A stretch of DNA of 64,000 nt from Bacteroidales bacterium (lineage in GTDB: Bacteria; Bacteroidota; Bacteroidia; Bacteroidales; VadinHA17). The stretch's first letter is position 1. Each line of letters starts with the position of its first letter. Of the stretch, positions 44,760-54,246 are shown piece after piece. A program made the translations under genes and the position numbers. Location: NCBI GenBank assembly GCA_025454755.1, contig JALONV010000002.1, positions 10,052 through 74,051 of the forward strand, written 5' to 3'. The notes under the pieces were generated by a model. The model saw nothing but the letters and a program-made list of their open reading frames with translations. It had not been told where the DNA came from and made no database searches.

Positions 44760-45147
44760 AATTTTCACGACCAAAACGTCTGGCCGCAAGGAAGGAAGCA
44801 ATAGAAAACAATATTCCCGCCAAATTGAACAACAGATCATAAATGCTTCCTGTGCGGGACGTGGTAATCCAGGATTGTAAAAGTTCAAGGATAAATCCGA
44901 AAATAAAAGGTATAATGCCAAGCAGAAGAATAACTTTGGCTTTACTTAAACGGGTCCTGTTTTCGAAAAGCATTAAAGACATAAGTCCGAAATACATGGT
45001 GAAATGAGCAATCTTATCGAAATCGCTGAAGGTGACAAACGAAAATTCATCAAGGGAATCACTGTTTGCAAGACTGAAATAAGCAATAATCACGGAAAAA
45101 ATGAGCGACAATATATTCTTTCTTATCATCGGCAATGTTTGAGACAA
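44749..45147 (-). CDS. VanZ-like membrane protein
   Basis: 132 aa with 4 TM segments and 'DKIAHFTMYFGL', typical of VanZ. It overlaps the 3' end of the convergent Rrf2 gene by 11 nt. Confidence 0.7.
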   Translation of the reverse strand: MSQTLPMIRKNILSLIFSVIIAYFSLANSDSLDEFSFVTFSDFDKIAHFTMYFGLMSLMLFENRTRLSKAKVILLLGIIPFIFGFILELLQSWITTSRTGSIYDLLFNLAGILFSIASFLAARRFGRENFRY

Positions 45148-45203
45148 ATTTAGGCAATAGAATGTTAATTTATTTATAATTTTAAATATTCCAATTTATC
45201 CTG

Positions 45204-46340
45204 ATGGCGGGCATATATATTCATATTCCATTTTGCAAAAAGTTGTGTAATTATTGCGATTTTTATCATGTTATTTCAAATGACAATCATTCTGATTTTA
45301 TAAAAGCGCTTCTTTCGGAGGCAGAGATCAGGAAAGATTATACCGGCACTGAATCCATATCAACAATTTATTTTGGCGGTGGAACCCCGTCGGTTCTTCA
45401 GGCTTCAGAAATAAAGACGATCCTTGACCAACTGAAAAAGGATTTCAAAGTTGAAACCGGCAGCGAAATCACACTTGAAATTAATCCTGATGATGCCGGA
45501 TCAGATTATCTTGAACAATTGAAACAGGCAGGCATCAGCAGAATCAGTCTGGGGGTACAGTCCTGGGACGACAACGATCTGAAACTTCTTAACAGAAGAC
45601 ATACGGGAGCCCAGGCATTGAACGCCGTTGAACAGGCATTCAAAACCGGATTCAACAATGTAACCATCGATCTGATATATGGCATTCCAGGAATGACCAC
45701 TGAAAGATGGGCTTCCAATCTGGACAGGGCGCTCTCAACCGGAATTATACATCTGTCGGCCTATCATCTTACAATTGAGCCAGGTACGGTTTTAGGAAAA
45801 ATGAAAGAAAAGGGCCTCCTGCATGAAATTGATGAGGAGGAAAGCAACTCTCAGTTTAATCTTCTCATAGATAAAATGGAAACCGCAGGTTTTATTCATT
45901 ATGAAATTTCAAATTTCGGCAAGCCGGGATATTTTTCAATTCATAATACAAATTATTGGAAACAAGTTCCTTACCTTGGACTTGGCCCTTCTGCACATTC
46001 TTTTAACAGGTACTCACGACAGTGGAATATACGCGATCTGAAAAAATACATCAATTACGTAAAAAAAGGCAAGGATTTTTTTGAAAGGGAAGAGCTCGAT
46101 ATGAAGACCAGGTTCAATGAGTACATCATGACCTCATTGAGGACAATGTGGGGGATTGATCTTGAATATGTTGAAAAGACATTTGAAAAAGAAGGATATG
46201 ATTATGTCATTAACATGGCGGGGAAATTCATCGGCTATGGAATGATGAAACAGGAAAAAAATACCCTGATCCTTTCAAACCAGGGTAAAATGATATCGGA
46301 TAATATAATTTCTGAGTTTATGATGCCATCAGGCGGATAG
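45204..46340 (+). CDS. hemW: radical SAM heme chaperone HemW (oxygen-independent coproporphyrinogen oxidase-like)
   Basis: 378 aa with 'YIHIPFCKKLCNYCDF' (CX3CX2C) and 'YFGGGTPS'. Confidence 0.88.
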   Translation: MAGIYIHIPFCKKLCNYCDFYHVISNDNHSDFIKALLSEAEIRKDYTGTESISTIYFGGGTPSVLQASEIKTILDQLKKDFKVETGSEITLEINPDDAGSDYLEQLKQAGISRISLGVQSWDDNDLKLLNRRHTGAQALNAVEQAFKTGFNNVTIDLIYGIPGMTTERWASNLDRALSTGIIHLSAYHLTIEPGTVLGKMKEKGLLHEIDEEESNSQFNLLIDKMETAGFIHYEISNFGKPGYFSIHNTNYWKQVPYLGLGPSAHSFNRYSRQWNIRDLKKYINYVKKGKDFFEREELDMKTRFNEYIMTSLRTMWGIDLEYVEKTFEKEGYDYVINMAGKFIGYGMMKQEKNTLILSNQGKMISDNIISEFMMPSGG

Positions 46341-47246
46341 TCACCTTTTTGTCAGCATGAACGTTGTCTTTCCAATAATAATTCCGTCAAGATATACTTC
46401 TGCGCTGTAGTTTCCGGGAACAAAATCGCCTGTATTGTCCAGCCATAGTGTAACGTCAATATCCTGATTCATATAATCGATTGTACGCGTGGCGGAATAA
46501 ATTATCTGATTTCCGTTGTATTCAAAAAGATTATCGGGACTGTTTGTAATTACCAGAGAATCAGGTCTTATGACTCTCATGAAAATTTGTTTTTGCCCGG
46601 CTTCGGCGATCGGATTTTCACGAAGGGTAAAACCGACTCTCAGTTTTTCCATATAATTCAGACGGGACGTCTCCTTGTTCTTCTTGTTTACTGCGACGGC
46701 AGAAATACTTTTTGCCTGGATAACAGAAGCGACTTCAACCTTTTCTGTCAGTTCTTCCTTAACCTTTTTAAGCTCAGTATTGACATTTTGAACCTCAGTA
46801 ATCTTTTGTTTAATCTCAGTGTTTTCTGCGACCAGGATCTTGTTTCTTGTATTTAGTGAGTCTATCTGAACAATATAGCTCTTCATGATATCTCTCATTG
46901 TGGTGATCTCTGCCCTGTATTTCTTAATCAATTGGATCTTGGATGCGTCTTCGGCAAGGAGTTTGATAATTTTTTGTTTCTGACTTTCAATTTCAGCCTT
47001 CAGTGTTTCATTGTCAGTCTTAAGAGTATCATAGGCAACTATCATCTGCCGGAGTTCATTTGCCAGAGAATCTTTTTCCTGGGTAAGTGCCGTTTCAATT
47101 TCAACCATCTTGTTTTTCTGATCAAAATATTGAATAACCAGAAAAACCAGAGCCGCAGTGAGGATCAGCGAAAGAGCGATCATCCCGACAGGCGCACTTC
47201 TTTTTGGTCCCGGAGCCTTTGCCGGATTAATATTTGAATCTTCCAT
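46341..47246 (-). CDS. hypothetical membrane-anchored coiled-coil protein
   Basis: 301 aa with an N-terminal TM segment ('MIALSLILTAALVFLVI'), about 140 aa of heptad-rich sequence and a beta-rich C-terminus. Its stop is immediately adjacent to the hemW stop, with 0-nt spacing. Confidence 0.6.
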   Translation of the reverse strand: MEDSNINPAKAPGPKRSAPVGMIALSLILTAALVFLVIQYFDQKNKMVEIETALTQEKDSLANELRQMIVAYDTLKTDNETLKAEIESQKQKIIKLLAEDASKIQLIKKYRAEITTMRDIMKSYIVQIDSLNTRNKILVAENTEIKQKITEVQNVNTELKKVKEELTEKVEVASVIQAKSISAVAVNKKNKETSRLNYMEKLRVGFTLRENPIAEAGQKQIFMRVIRPDSLVITNSPDNLFEYNGNQIIYSATRTIDYMNQDIDVTLWLDNTGDFVPGNYSAEVYLDGIIIGKTTFMLTKR

Positions 47247-47371
47247 TTATATGATTTTTAATAAGATAAAGGTTTGCAAAAATAATAATATCTGACAACA
47301 TATCGAAATATCATTCCAATGATTAAATTTACAATGAGGCAGAAATTCTTAATTTATTAATTTTCAGCAAC

Positions 47372-48775
47372 ATGAGTGGATTCTTTGGAGTAGTTTCAAA
47401 AAAGGATTGTGTCAGGGATGTTTTTTATGGAACCGACTATCATTCTCATCTTGGAACTAAACGCGCGGGCCTGGTTTTTATTGTTCCAGAAAAAGGATTC
47501 AGGCGCTCAATCCATACGCTTGAAAATGCATATTTCAGGTCGAAATTTGAGGACGAACTGAAAGAATTTACAGGATATTCCGGCATGGGGATTATCAGCG
47601 ATACAGATCCACAACCTATTCTTTTCAATTCTCACCTTGGCCGTTTTGCAATAGTTACGGTCAGCAGGCTCGTCAATATAGAAGAACTTGAAAACAGGAT
47701 ACTTGAAAGAAAAAGACATTTTACCGAGAATTTTGAAGGCAATATAAATCCCACGGAAGTCATAGCAAATCTGATTTGTGAAAAGGAGAGTTTTATTGCC
47801 GGCATTGAAAATGTTTACGACAACATTAAAGGATCTTGCTCGCTGATGATACTTACCGACGATGGAATTATAGCCGCAAGGGATAAACTGGGAAGAACAC
47901 CGGTAGTGATAGGGAAAAAAGACGATGCGTATGCAATCGCATCAGAAACATGTTCTTTTCCGAATACCGGTTTTGAGATTGATTATTACCTGGGACCGGG
48001 GGAAATCGCACATGTCAGTGCTGATGGTTTCAAACAACTCAGGAAGCCGGGAGAAAAAATGCAGATATGTTCATTTTTGTGGGTATATTATGGCTATCCT
48101 CCATCATATTATGAAGGAATAAATGTGGATGAATGCAGATACAGATGCGGAGCCTGCCTGGCAAAACGCGACAAAGTCAAGGCCGATTTTGTCTGCGGTA
48201 TTCCCGATTCTGGCGTAGGCCATGCCATTGGATATGGAAATGAAAAGAAAATACCCAATAAAAGACCTTATTCAAAATATACCGCTACCTGGCCGCGGAG
48301 TTTTCTTCCATCATTCCAGGAACAAAGAGATCTGGTGGCCAGGATGAAACTGATTCCGAACAGGGCTGTAATTGAAGGTAAGAAAATGGTATTTCTTGAC
48401 GATAGTATTGTTCGCGGAACGCAGCTTAAAGACAATACAAACGACATGAGAAAAAACGGAGCCGCTGAAATACATATGAGAATTGCCTGTCCTCCATTGT
48501 TATATTCATGTGATTTTCTGAATTTTACACAATCAAGATCACCAATGGAACTGGCAGCGAGGAGGGCTGTAAAAGAGCTGGGAGGCGAAGAAAAAGATTT
48601 AAAAGAGTTTTCAAATCCCGATTCTGAAAAGTATAAAAAAATGGTTGAGAAAGTTACTGAAAAACTGGACCTGGACTCATTACTATACCAGCGTCTCGAT
48701 GATCTGGTTGAGGTAATCGGGCTGCCCAAGGAAAAACTATGCACACACTGCTGGGATGGCAGCAGTTACTTTTAA
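47372..48775 (+). CDS. PurF-like amidophosphoribosyltransferase paralog (Ser at the Ntn nucleophile position)
   Basis: 467 aa. The N-terminus 'MSGFFGVV..FYGTDYHSHLGTKRAGL' aligns with PurF 'CGVFGI..YYGLHSLQHRGQEGAGI'. The PRTase motif is 'VFLDDSIVRGTQ'. Cys residues at 'CSFLWVYYGYP', 'SCDFLNF' and 'CTHCW' resemble the PurF 4Fe-4S ligands. Confidence 0.7.
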   Translation: MSGFFGVVSKKDCVRDVFYGTDYHSHLGTKRAGLVFIVPEKGFRRSIHTLENAYFRSKFEDELKEFTGYSGMGIISDTDPQPILFNSHLGRFAIVTVSRLVNIEELENRILERKRHFTENFEGNINPTEVIANLICEKESFIAGIENVYDNIKGSCSLMILTDDGIIAARDKLGRTPVVIGKKDDAYAIASETCSFPNTGFEIDYYLGPGEIAHVSADGFKQLRKPGEKMQICSFLWVYYGYPPSYYEGINVDECRYRCGACLAKRDKVKADFVCGIPDSGVGHAIGYGNEKKIPNKRPYSKYTATWPRSFLPSFQEQRDLVARMKLIPNRAVIEGKKMVFLDDSIVRGTQLKDNTNDMRKNGAAEIHMRIACPPLLYSCDFLNFTQSRSPMELAARRAVKELGGEEKDLKEFSNPDSEKYKKMVEKVTEKLDLDSLLYQRLDDLVEVIGLPKEKLCTHCWDGSSYF

Positions 48776-48807
48776 TAGGCCATTTTTTTTAAACCAATTA
48801 TTAATTT

Positions 48808-49650
48808 ATGAAATACGTTGGCGCACATGTATCAGCAGAAGGCGGTGTTCAGAATGCCCCTGTCAATGCCAATGCCATCGGAGCTAAGGCATTCGCACTT
48901 TTCACAAAAAATCAGCGGCAGTGGTTTTCAAGTCCGCTTACATCAAAATCGATCTCTGAATTCAGGGCAAACTGCGAAAAATTCGATTATAAACCGTTCC
49001 AGATACTTCCGCACGACAGCTACCTGATAAACCTCGGACACCCTGAAAAAGAGCCGCTGGAAAAATCAAGAACCTCATTTATGGATGAAATGAAAAGATG
49101 CGAGCTTCTCGGCCTTGACAGGTTGAATTTTCATCCGGGCAGTCATCTGAATAACATTACAATAGATGAGTGTCTTAAAAGAATTGCAGAATCGATTAAT
49201 ATTTCATTCGACAAAACAAAAGGCGTAATTGCGGTCATTGAAAATACTGCAGGCCAGGGAACAAACCTGGGACATACATTTGAACAAATAGCGTTCATAA
49301 TTTACCATGTTGAAGATAAATCGCGTGTTGGTGTCTGCATAGATACCTGTCATGCATACACTTCAGGATATGAGGTGAAAACAAAAAACGGGTTCACTGA
49401 AACATTTAAAAGATTTTCTGAAATAATCGGCATGCAATATTTAAAGGGAATGCATCTGAATGATTCAAAGAAAGACTATGGTACCAGGGTTGACCGTCAT
49501 GAAAACATTGGAGGAGGATTTCTTGGGGAAGAAATTTTTTCGCTGATAATGAACGATAGCCGGTTCGACAATATACCGTTGATTCTTGAAACCCCCGAGG
49601 AATCATTATGGGAAGCAGAAATAAAAAAATTGTATTCATTTATTAAATAA
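48808..49650 (+). CDS. nfo: deoxyribonuclease IV (endonuclease IV)
   Basis: 280 aa with 'GAHVSAEGG', 'NFHPGSH', 'CIDTCHAY' and 'HLNDSK'. Confidence 0.93.
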   Translation: MKYVGAHVSAEGGVQNAPVNANAIGAKAFALFTKNQRQWFSSPLTSKSISEFRANCEKFDYKPFQILPHDSYLINLGHPEKEPLEKSRTSFMDEMKRCELLGLDRLNFHPGSHLNNITIDECLKRIAESINISFDKTKGVIAVIENTAGQGTNLGHTFEQIAFIIYHVEDKSRVGVCIDTCHAYTSGYEVKTKNGFTETFKRFSEIIGMQYLKGMHLNDSKKDYGTRVDRHENIGGGFLGEEIFSLIMNDSRFDNIPLILETPEESLWEAEIKKLYSFIK

Positions 49651-49730
49651 CCCCCCACCCCCCTAAAGGGGGGTTAAAAACCCATAAATTTAATTTTTGG
49701 TTTCACCCCCCCTTCAGAGGGGCAGGGGGG
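49651..49730. repeat. GC-rich double-hairpin intergenic element, copy 4 (most symmetric)
   Basis: The left end is CCCCCC A CCCCCC TAAA GGGGGG (49651-49673), followed by an AT-rich core. The right end is CCCCCCC TTCA GAGGGG CA GGGGGG (49706-49730). The two ends are approximate reverse complements. Confidence 0.85.
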
Positions 49731-50521
49731 TTGGTTAGTTTATCTGAAATAGCTTTCTGAATTTCTAAATCCCTCAGCTTCTCCTTGGTTTTTTTATAAC
49801 CCAGTTCAAAAAGCTCATCTGCTTTTTCCACGCCAAGGATACTATATTTTGTGAGCTCCGGAGGAGCAATCAGAATATCGAATTTATCTCCCTTTTCTTC
49901 GACCTCCTTTGCCTGGTCGAGCATAAATATTCTCACCGCAATGGTAATAAATCCTGATGTTGTAGCTTCATACCCTACTGGATTAACGAAAGACCCGATC
50001 AGCATTTTGCATTTGTTTTCGATAGGCTTAACAGGAAAGTTATCAAGAACTCCGCCATCAACATAATATATCTTATTAATTATCACTGGTTTAAACAATA
50101 AAGGAATGCTTGAGGATGCAATTAAAGCTGTAACCAGTTCCCCTTTTGAAAAATAAACAGGTCTGGCATTATTCAGATCGGTTGCACAAACAATCAAAGG
50201 TATTTTCAATTCTTCAAACCTTTTTGCTTTCAAATTGGCTTTCAGCAATTTCGCAATGCCTGAAATATCGAGCAATCCGTCACGGGGAATAACGGGGCGC
50301 ATTAAATCAAGCTTACTTTGGGGCTTCATTATTTTAAGGATCTCCCTGGGTGAATGACCATCACAGTATAACGCTCCAGCCAGAGAACCAGCACTGGTGC
50401 CGGCAATAATATCAGGGAAAATATCTGATTCATTCAATGCCTGCAATACTCCAAGATGGGCAAAACCCCTTGCTCCGCCACCGCTCAGCACCAAACCGGT
50501 TTTATATTTTTCTTCAGGCAT
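49703..50521 (-). CDS. patatin-like phospholipase
   Basis: 272 aa with 'LVLSGGGARGFAHLGVL', the GxSxG motif 'GTSAGS' and the catalytic Asp region 'YVDGGVLDNFP'. The last residues '..NPPAPLKGG' are encoded by repeat copy 4. Confidence 0.88.
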   Translation of the reverse strand: MPEEKYKTGLVLSGGGARGFAHLGVLQALNESDIFPDIIAGTSAGSLAGALYCDGHSPREILKIMKPQSKLDLMRPVIPRDGLLDISGIAKLLKANLKAKRFEELKIPLIVCATDLNNARPVYFSKGELVTALIASSSIPLLFKPVIINKIYYVDGGVLDNFPVKPIENKCKMLIGSFVNPVGYEATTSGFITIAVRIFMLDQAKEVEEKGDKFDILIAPPELTKYSILGVEKADELFELGYKKTKEKLRDLEIQKAISDKLTNPPAPLKGG

Positions 50522-50534
50522 TTAATGATTAAAA

Positions 50535-51827
50535 TTATTTTAAAATAATATCAAATAACAGCTTAAGATTGAAGAATATGACTGCAGCTGCAATTAAGGA
50601 CAACAAAACGACAAGAAACCTGCTATTGGCATATTTGCCCATGACCTTTTTTGAAGATGTCAGCCAGATCTGAAGCACCACGGTAAATGGCAGCTGAATG
50701 CTCAGGAAAACCTGGGAAAGAATTAATCCTTTAAACGGATCGCCAATGAAGAAAATTATAAGCAAGGCGCCAAACAGGGAAATCAGTACTCCGGTCCGCG
50801 AATGGGTATCCTTAATATCATAAGGTTCTGAAAACATTCCGGAAACTATTGATCCTCCCGCCATTGCGGATGTAATAGAAGAGGCCACACCTGAAAAAAG
50901 AAGAGCTATTGCAAATACAACAGCAGCATTATTGCCCAGTAACGGTTCAAGAAGGCTCTTTGCCTGAGGAAGTTCGGTAACCTCAACATTATGTCTGAAA
51001 AAGGTTGATGCTGCCAGTATTATCATGGAGCTGTTTATAGCCCAGCCGATTATCATCGAAAATAAAGTATCGGCAAATTCGAATTTCAGCTGTTTCTTAA
51101 TGATTTTTTCATTTTCCAGATTCCATTGCCGGCTTTGTATGATCTCGGAATGAAGGAACAAATTATGCGGCATGACGACAGCTCCAAGAACACTCATCAG
51201 CAGGAGCATTGAACCTTGCGGGATTGAAGGCTTAATCCAGGAGACTCCCGCATTCGCCCAATCCACGTCTACGAGAAATAATTCGTATAAAAACGAAAGA
51301 CCTATGATTGAAACAAATGCTATTATCCATTTTTCAATTTTACGGTAAGAATTCGTGAAAAGCATAATAATCACAAATACTGTTATCAGCAATGCCCCTA
51401 TTTTGACTGGCACATTAAAAAGCATTTGTAATGCAATTGATCCTCCAAGTATTTCAGCCAGAGACGTTGAAACGGAAGCCATTACGGCAAATGAAAGAAC
51501 AGATCTGGAAAGCCATGGTTTGAGGTGGATGGTTGCAGCTTCTGAAAGACATAATCCTGAAGCAATACCAAGATGGGCTACGTTATGCTGAAGGATAATA
51601 AGCATGACAGTTGAAAGTGTTACTATCCATAACAGCGTATAACCATATTCAGAACCCGTTGCAATATTGGCAGCCCAGTTTCCCGGGTCTATAAATCCTA
51701 CTGTAACAAGCAATCCGGGACCTATATATTTCAAAATGTCAAGCGCACCGCGGCCGGGTTTATGGTCCTTTCTCCTGAGATCCCTTAAGAAATTTGCGGG
51801 GTTTAATATATGCTTAAGATTGGTCAT
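50535..51827 (-). CDS. mntH: Nramp-family divalent metal (Mn2+/Fe2+) transporter
   Basis: 430 aa with 'GPGLLVTVGFIDPGNWA' (DPGN motif), 'MPHNLFLHS' and about 11 TM segments. Confidence 0.9.
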   Translation of the reverse strand: MTNLKHILNPANFLRDLRRKDHKPGRGALDILKYIGPGLLVTVGFIDPGNWAANIATGSEYGYTLLWIVTLSTVMLIILQHNVAHLGIASGLCLSEAATIHLKPWLSRSVLSFAVMASVSTSLAEILGGSIALQMLFNVPVKIGALLITVFVIIMLFTNSYRKIEKWIIAFVSIIGLSFLYELFLVDVDWANAGVSWIKPSIPQGSMLLLMSVLGAVVMPHNLFLHSEIIQSRQWNLENEKIIKKQLKFEFADTLFSMIIGWAINSSMIILAASTFFRHNVEVTELPQAKSLLEPLLGNNAAVVFAIALLFSGVASSITSAMAGGSIVSGMFSEPYDIKDTHSRTGVLISLFGALLIIFFIGDPFKGLILSQVFLSIQLPFTVVLQIWLTSSKKVMGKYANSRFLVVLLSLIAAAVIFFNLKLLFDIILK

Positions 51828-51894
51828 CCTTACAAAGATACGGATTCCGGACTTTCCTTTGTGCCCCCTTGTGAATACCTTTGTGTGGTAAATA

Positions 51895-53340
51895 TTATTT
51901 CATTAGAACATTTGCGCAACGGTTTAATCCGGTTGGCTTTATCCACTTAATGAAATTCAGGACCGAGAATAAAGATTTAAAAGATTTTATCTCACGAAAA
52001 GCCTGCAGAACCATTCGCGGCCTGAAATAAAACTTCCTGTACGCATAATCCCTGATTTTTTTAATTTCTCCTGCAGACATTGTTTCATTGCCCATTACCG
52101 ACAAGGTTAAATCAAGATCTTCGTAATCGTAATTTAAGGTCCATCCATTTTCAGCTGCTAATCTGCCAAGCTCGGTTTTTGGATAAGGTATTGCACAATA
52201 GAATTGGGCAAAGTCAACATTCTGAAGTGCAAATTTTATGGTTTTTTTCGCAATCTCCCTTGTGTCGCCGGGAAGTCCGAAAACAAAATGCCCCAGCGAG
52301 TTTATTCCCGCATTTTTTACCATAGAAACAGCATTATCAATCTGCTCAATTTTTATTCTTTTACGGGCATTGTTCAGGACATTCTGATCATATGATTCAA
52401 TTCCCAGGCCAAGAAGTATACAGCCTGCTTTTTTCATCTTTTCAAGCAGAACAGGATTCAATGTATCAACTCTTGATGTTGTTGACCATGTAATCTTTAT
52501 ATTTCTCTTTATAATCTCATCACAGATTGCCTCACCGTATGCCGGATCGGTTGTAAAAGATTCACCCCAGAAAAGAAAGCTCCTTATGTCGTGCCTGTCA
52601 GTGCATTCCGCTATTTCCGCCACTACATTTTCAACCGATCGTTTTCTGAACCGCCTGCCGTAATACAGATTTGCAATACAATAAATACAGCTTTCTGAAC
52701 AACCCCGGCCTACACTTATAAGGGTAAACTTTTCACCCGTAGTCGGGAGTCTGTAAGAGTTATTGTTAAGAAGATCACGCGCAGGAAAAGGAAGATCATC
52801 AAGATTATTTTCTGGCAGATTCTGCCTTTCGTTGATAATTATTTCATCGGATTTCCTATAGATCAAGCCCTTTATGCTATTTAATGCGCCCCCTGCTTTA
52901 ATTGTCCCGGTCAATGGTCCGACAACCCATTCCGGTTCATCCATTATGGCGTAATCGACGTGTGGAAATCTCTCAAGCGATTCTTTTTCAAATATTGAAG
53001 GATACATTCCGACAATAATGATCTTAATTCGGGGAATGGCTTTTTTGATCTCAACGCCAGCGCTCATGTCGCCGGCAATAGAAGGAATGGCAGTATTCAG
53101 GACAACCAACTCAGGATAAAATTCAACAGCAAGATCAACCAGTTTTACAATGTCAGTTTTTTCGGCGATGCAATCTACCAGCCTTACTTCATGATTGTCT
53201 TTTCTGAGCACGGCAGAGATATAGCACAACGAAAGTGGCATCCACAATGCAGCCCAGGAAGATTTTGTTTGCATGCATCTTCCTTCGCGGATAAAATCCA
53301 TATTGTTATAAGCCGGTGGATTTATAACCAGTATTTTCAT
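51895..53340 (-). CDS. B12-binding-domain radical SAM protein
   Basis: 481 aa. It has an N-terminal Rossmann-like B12 domain ('MKILVINPP..') and a radical SAM cluster motif 'GRGCSESCIYC' (CX3CX2C). It has an ATGA overlap with the upstream GT2 gene. Confidence 0.8.
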   Translation of the reverse strand: MKILVINPPAYNNMDFIREGRCMQTKSSWAALWMPLSLCYISAVLRKDNHEVRLVDCIAEKTDIVKLVDLAVEFYPELVVLNTAIPSIAGDMSAGVEIKKAIPRIKIIIVGMYPSIFEKESLERFPHVDYAIMDEPEWVVGPLTGTIKAGGALNSIKGLIYRKSDEIIINERQNLPENNLDDLPFPARDLLNNNSYRLPTTGEKFTLISVGRGCSESCIYCIANLYYGRRFRKRSVENVVAEIAECTDRHDIRSFLFWGESFTTDPAYGEAICDEIIKRNIKITWSTTSRVDTLNPVLLEKMKKAGCILLGLGIESYDQNVLNNARKRIKIEQIDNAVSMVKNAGINSLGHFVFGLPGDTREIAKKTIKFALQNVDFAQFYCAIPYPKTELGRLAAENGWTLNYDYEDLDLTLSVMGNETMSAGEIKKIRDYAYRKFYFRPRMVLQAFREIKSFKSLFSVLNFIKWIKPTGLNRCANVLMK

Positions 53341-54011
53341 CCCAAAATCCTCAATTTTAACAGGTTAAATAAATTATCCATTCCGTCAGCGAACATCCTT
53401 AATTTCACTTTTCCGACTCTTTTCCTGTAAGTTGAATCAACCTCCCGGGTTTTAAAATTCCGGGAAGCTCGTATTTTTATTTCCTGGCTTAAAGACATCC
53501 CGGTTCCTTTCAATCTTATTATATCAAGTATTTTCTTCCTTATCACCCACATGCCGCTTTGTGAGTCCTTCAGCTTTGAATTAAACAGAAGATTAGTTGA
53601 TAAGGTTAAAATTTTATTGCCCAGTTTATTAAGAAACATCATAGAATCCCTATCCATTCGGGCAAACCTGTTTGTGCTTATAAAATCAAGATTTTCAGAT
53701 ATCAGAATATTGATAAGTTCCGGGATCTCCTCCATTGGATAACTGCAATCCGAATCTGCAGTAATGATAATTTCCCCCAGTGCTTCTTTAAACCCGGCAA
53801 TGTATTGGCGGCCATAACCTTTCCGGGATATAATTACCCTTGCACCGGCAGACTTTGCACATTCAGCTGTTTTATCAGTACTTCCGCCGTCAACAATAAG
53901 CACGTCTGTTTCATATCCGGTTTCCTTCAGGAAATTAAAAGGGATCATTCCGATCGTTTTTACAATCGATTCCTCTTCATTAAGGGCAGGCATCAGGATT
54001 GTTATCTTCAT
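53337..54011 (-). CDS. family 2 glycosyltransferase, polyprenyl-phosphate sugar synthase-like
   Basis: 224 aa with 'ILMPALNEEESI', 'VLIVDGGSTDKT' and 'ITADSDCSYP' (DxD-type). The small size resembles DPM1/ArnC-type enzymes. Confidence 0.75.
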   Translation of the reverse strand: MKITILMPALNEEESIVKTIGMIPFNFLKETGYETDVLIVDGGSTDKTAECAKSAGARVIISRKGYGRQYIAGFKEALGEIIITADSDCSYPMEEIPELINILISENLDFISTNRFARMDRDSMMFLNKLGNKILTLSTNLLFNSKLKDSQSGMWVIRKKILDIIRLKGTGMSLSQEIKIRASRNFKTREVDSTYRKRVGKVKLRMFADGMDNLFNLLKLRILG

Positions 54012-54246
54012 TTCTAAGTTGTTTCGAGGAATCCCCGGTCAAAAATAGCATTTCAGTGTTAAAAAATGACATTTAACTGACCGCAACAATAATATTTTAA
54101 TTTTGAAGAAAGAAGATTGATTTATCCTGTCAACATTACAAGAATTCAATCCGGGACAAATCGGGATGTTCTTCACGGACAGACTATGAGATAAACTGAA
54201 GTCAGTTTTTCTTAACTTTGTTTATTGATAAACAATCCGGAAGAAA

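Noticed and set aside
49703-50521. The patatin-like phospholipase, considered as an effector of a CBASS-like or other defence system.
   Set aside because: No cyclase, sensor, ubiquitin-like or nuclease partner is adjacent. Its neighbours are nfo and mntH, and its size and motifs fit housekeeping RssA-type patatins.
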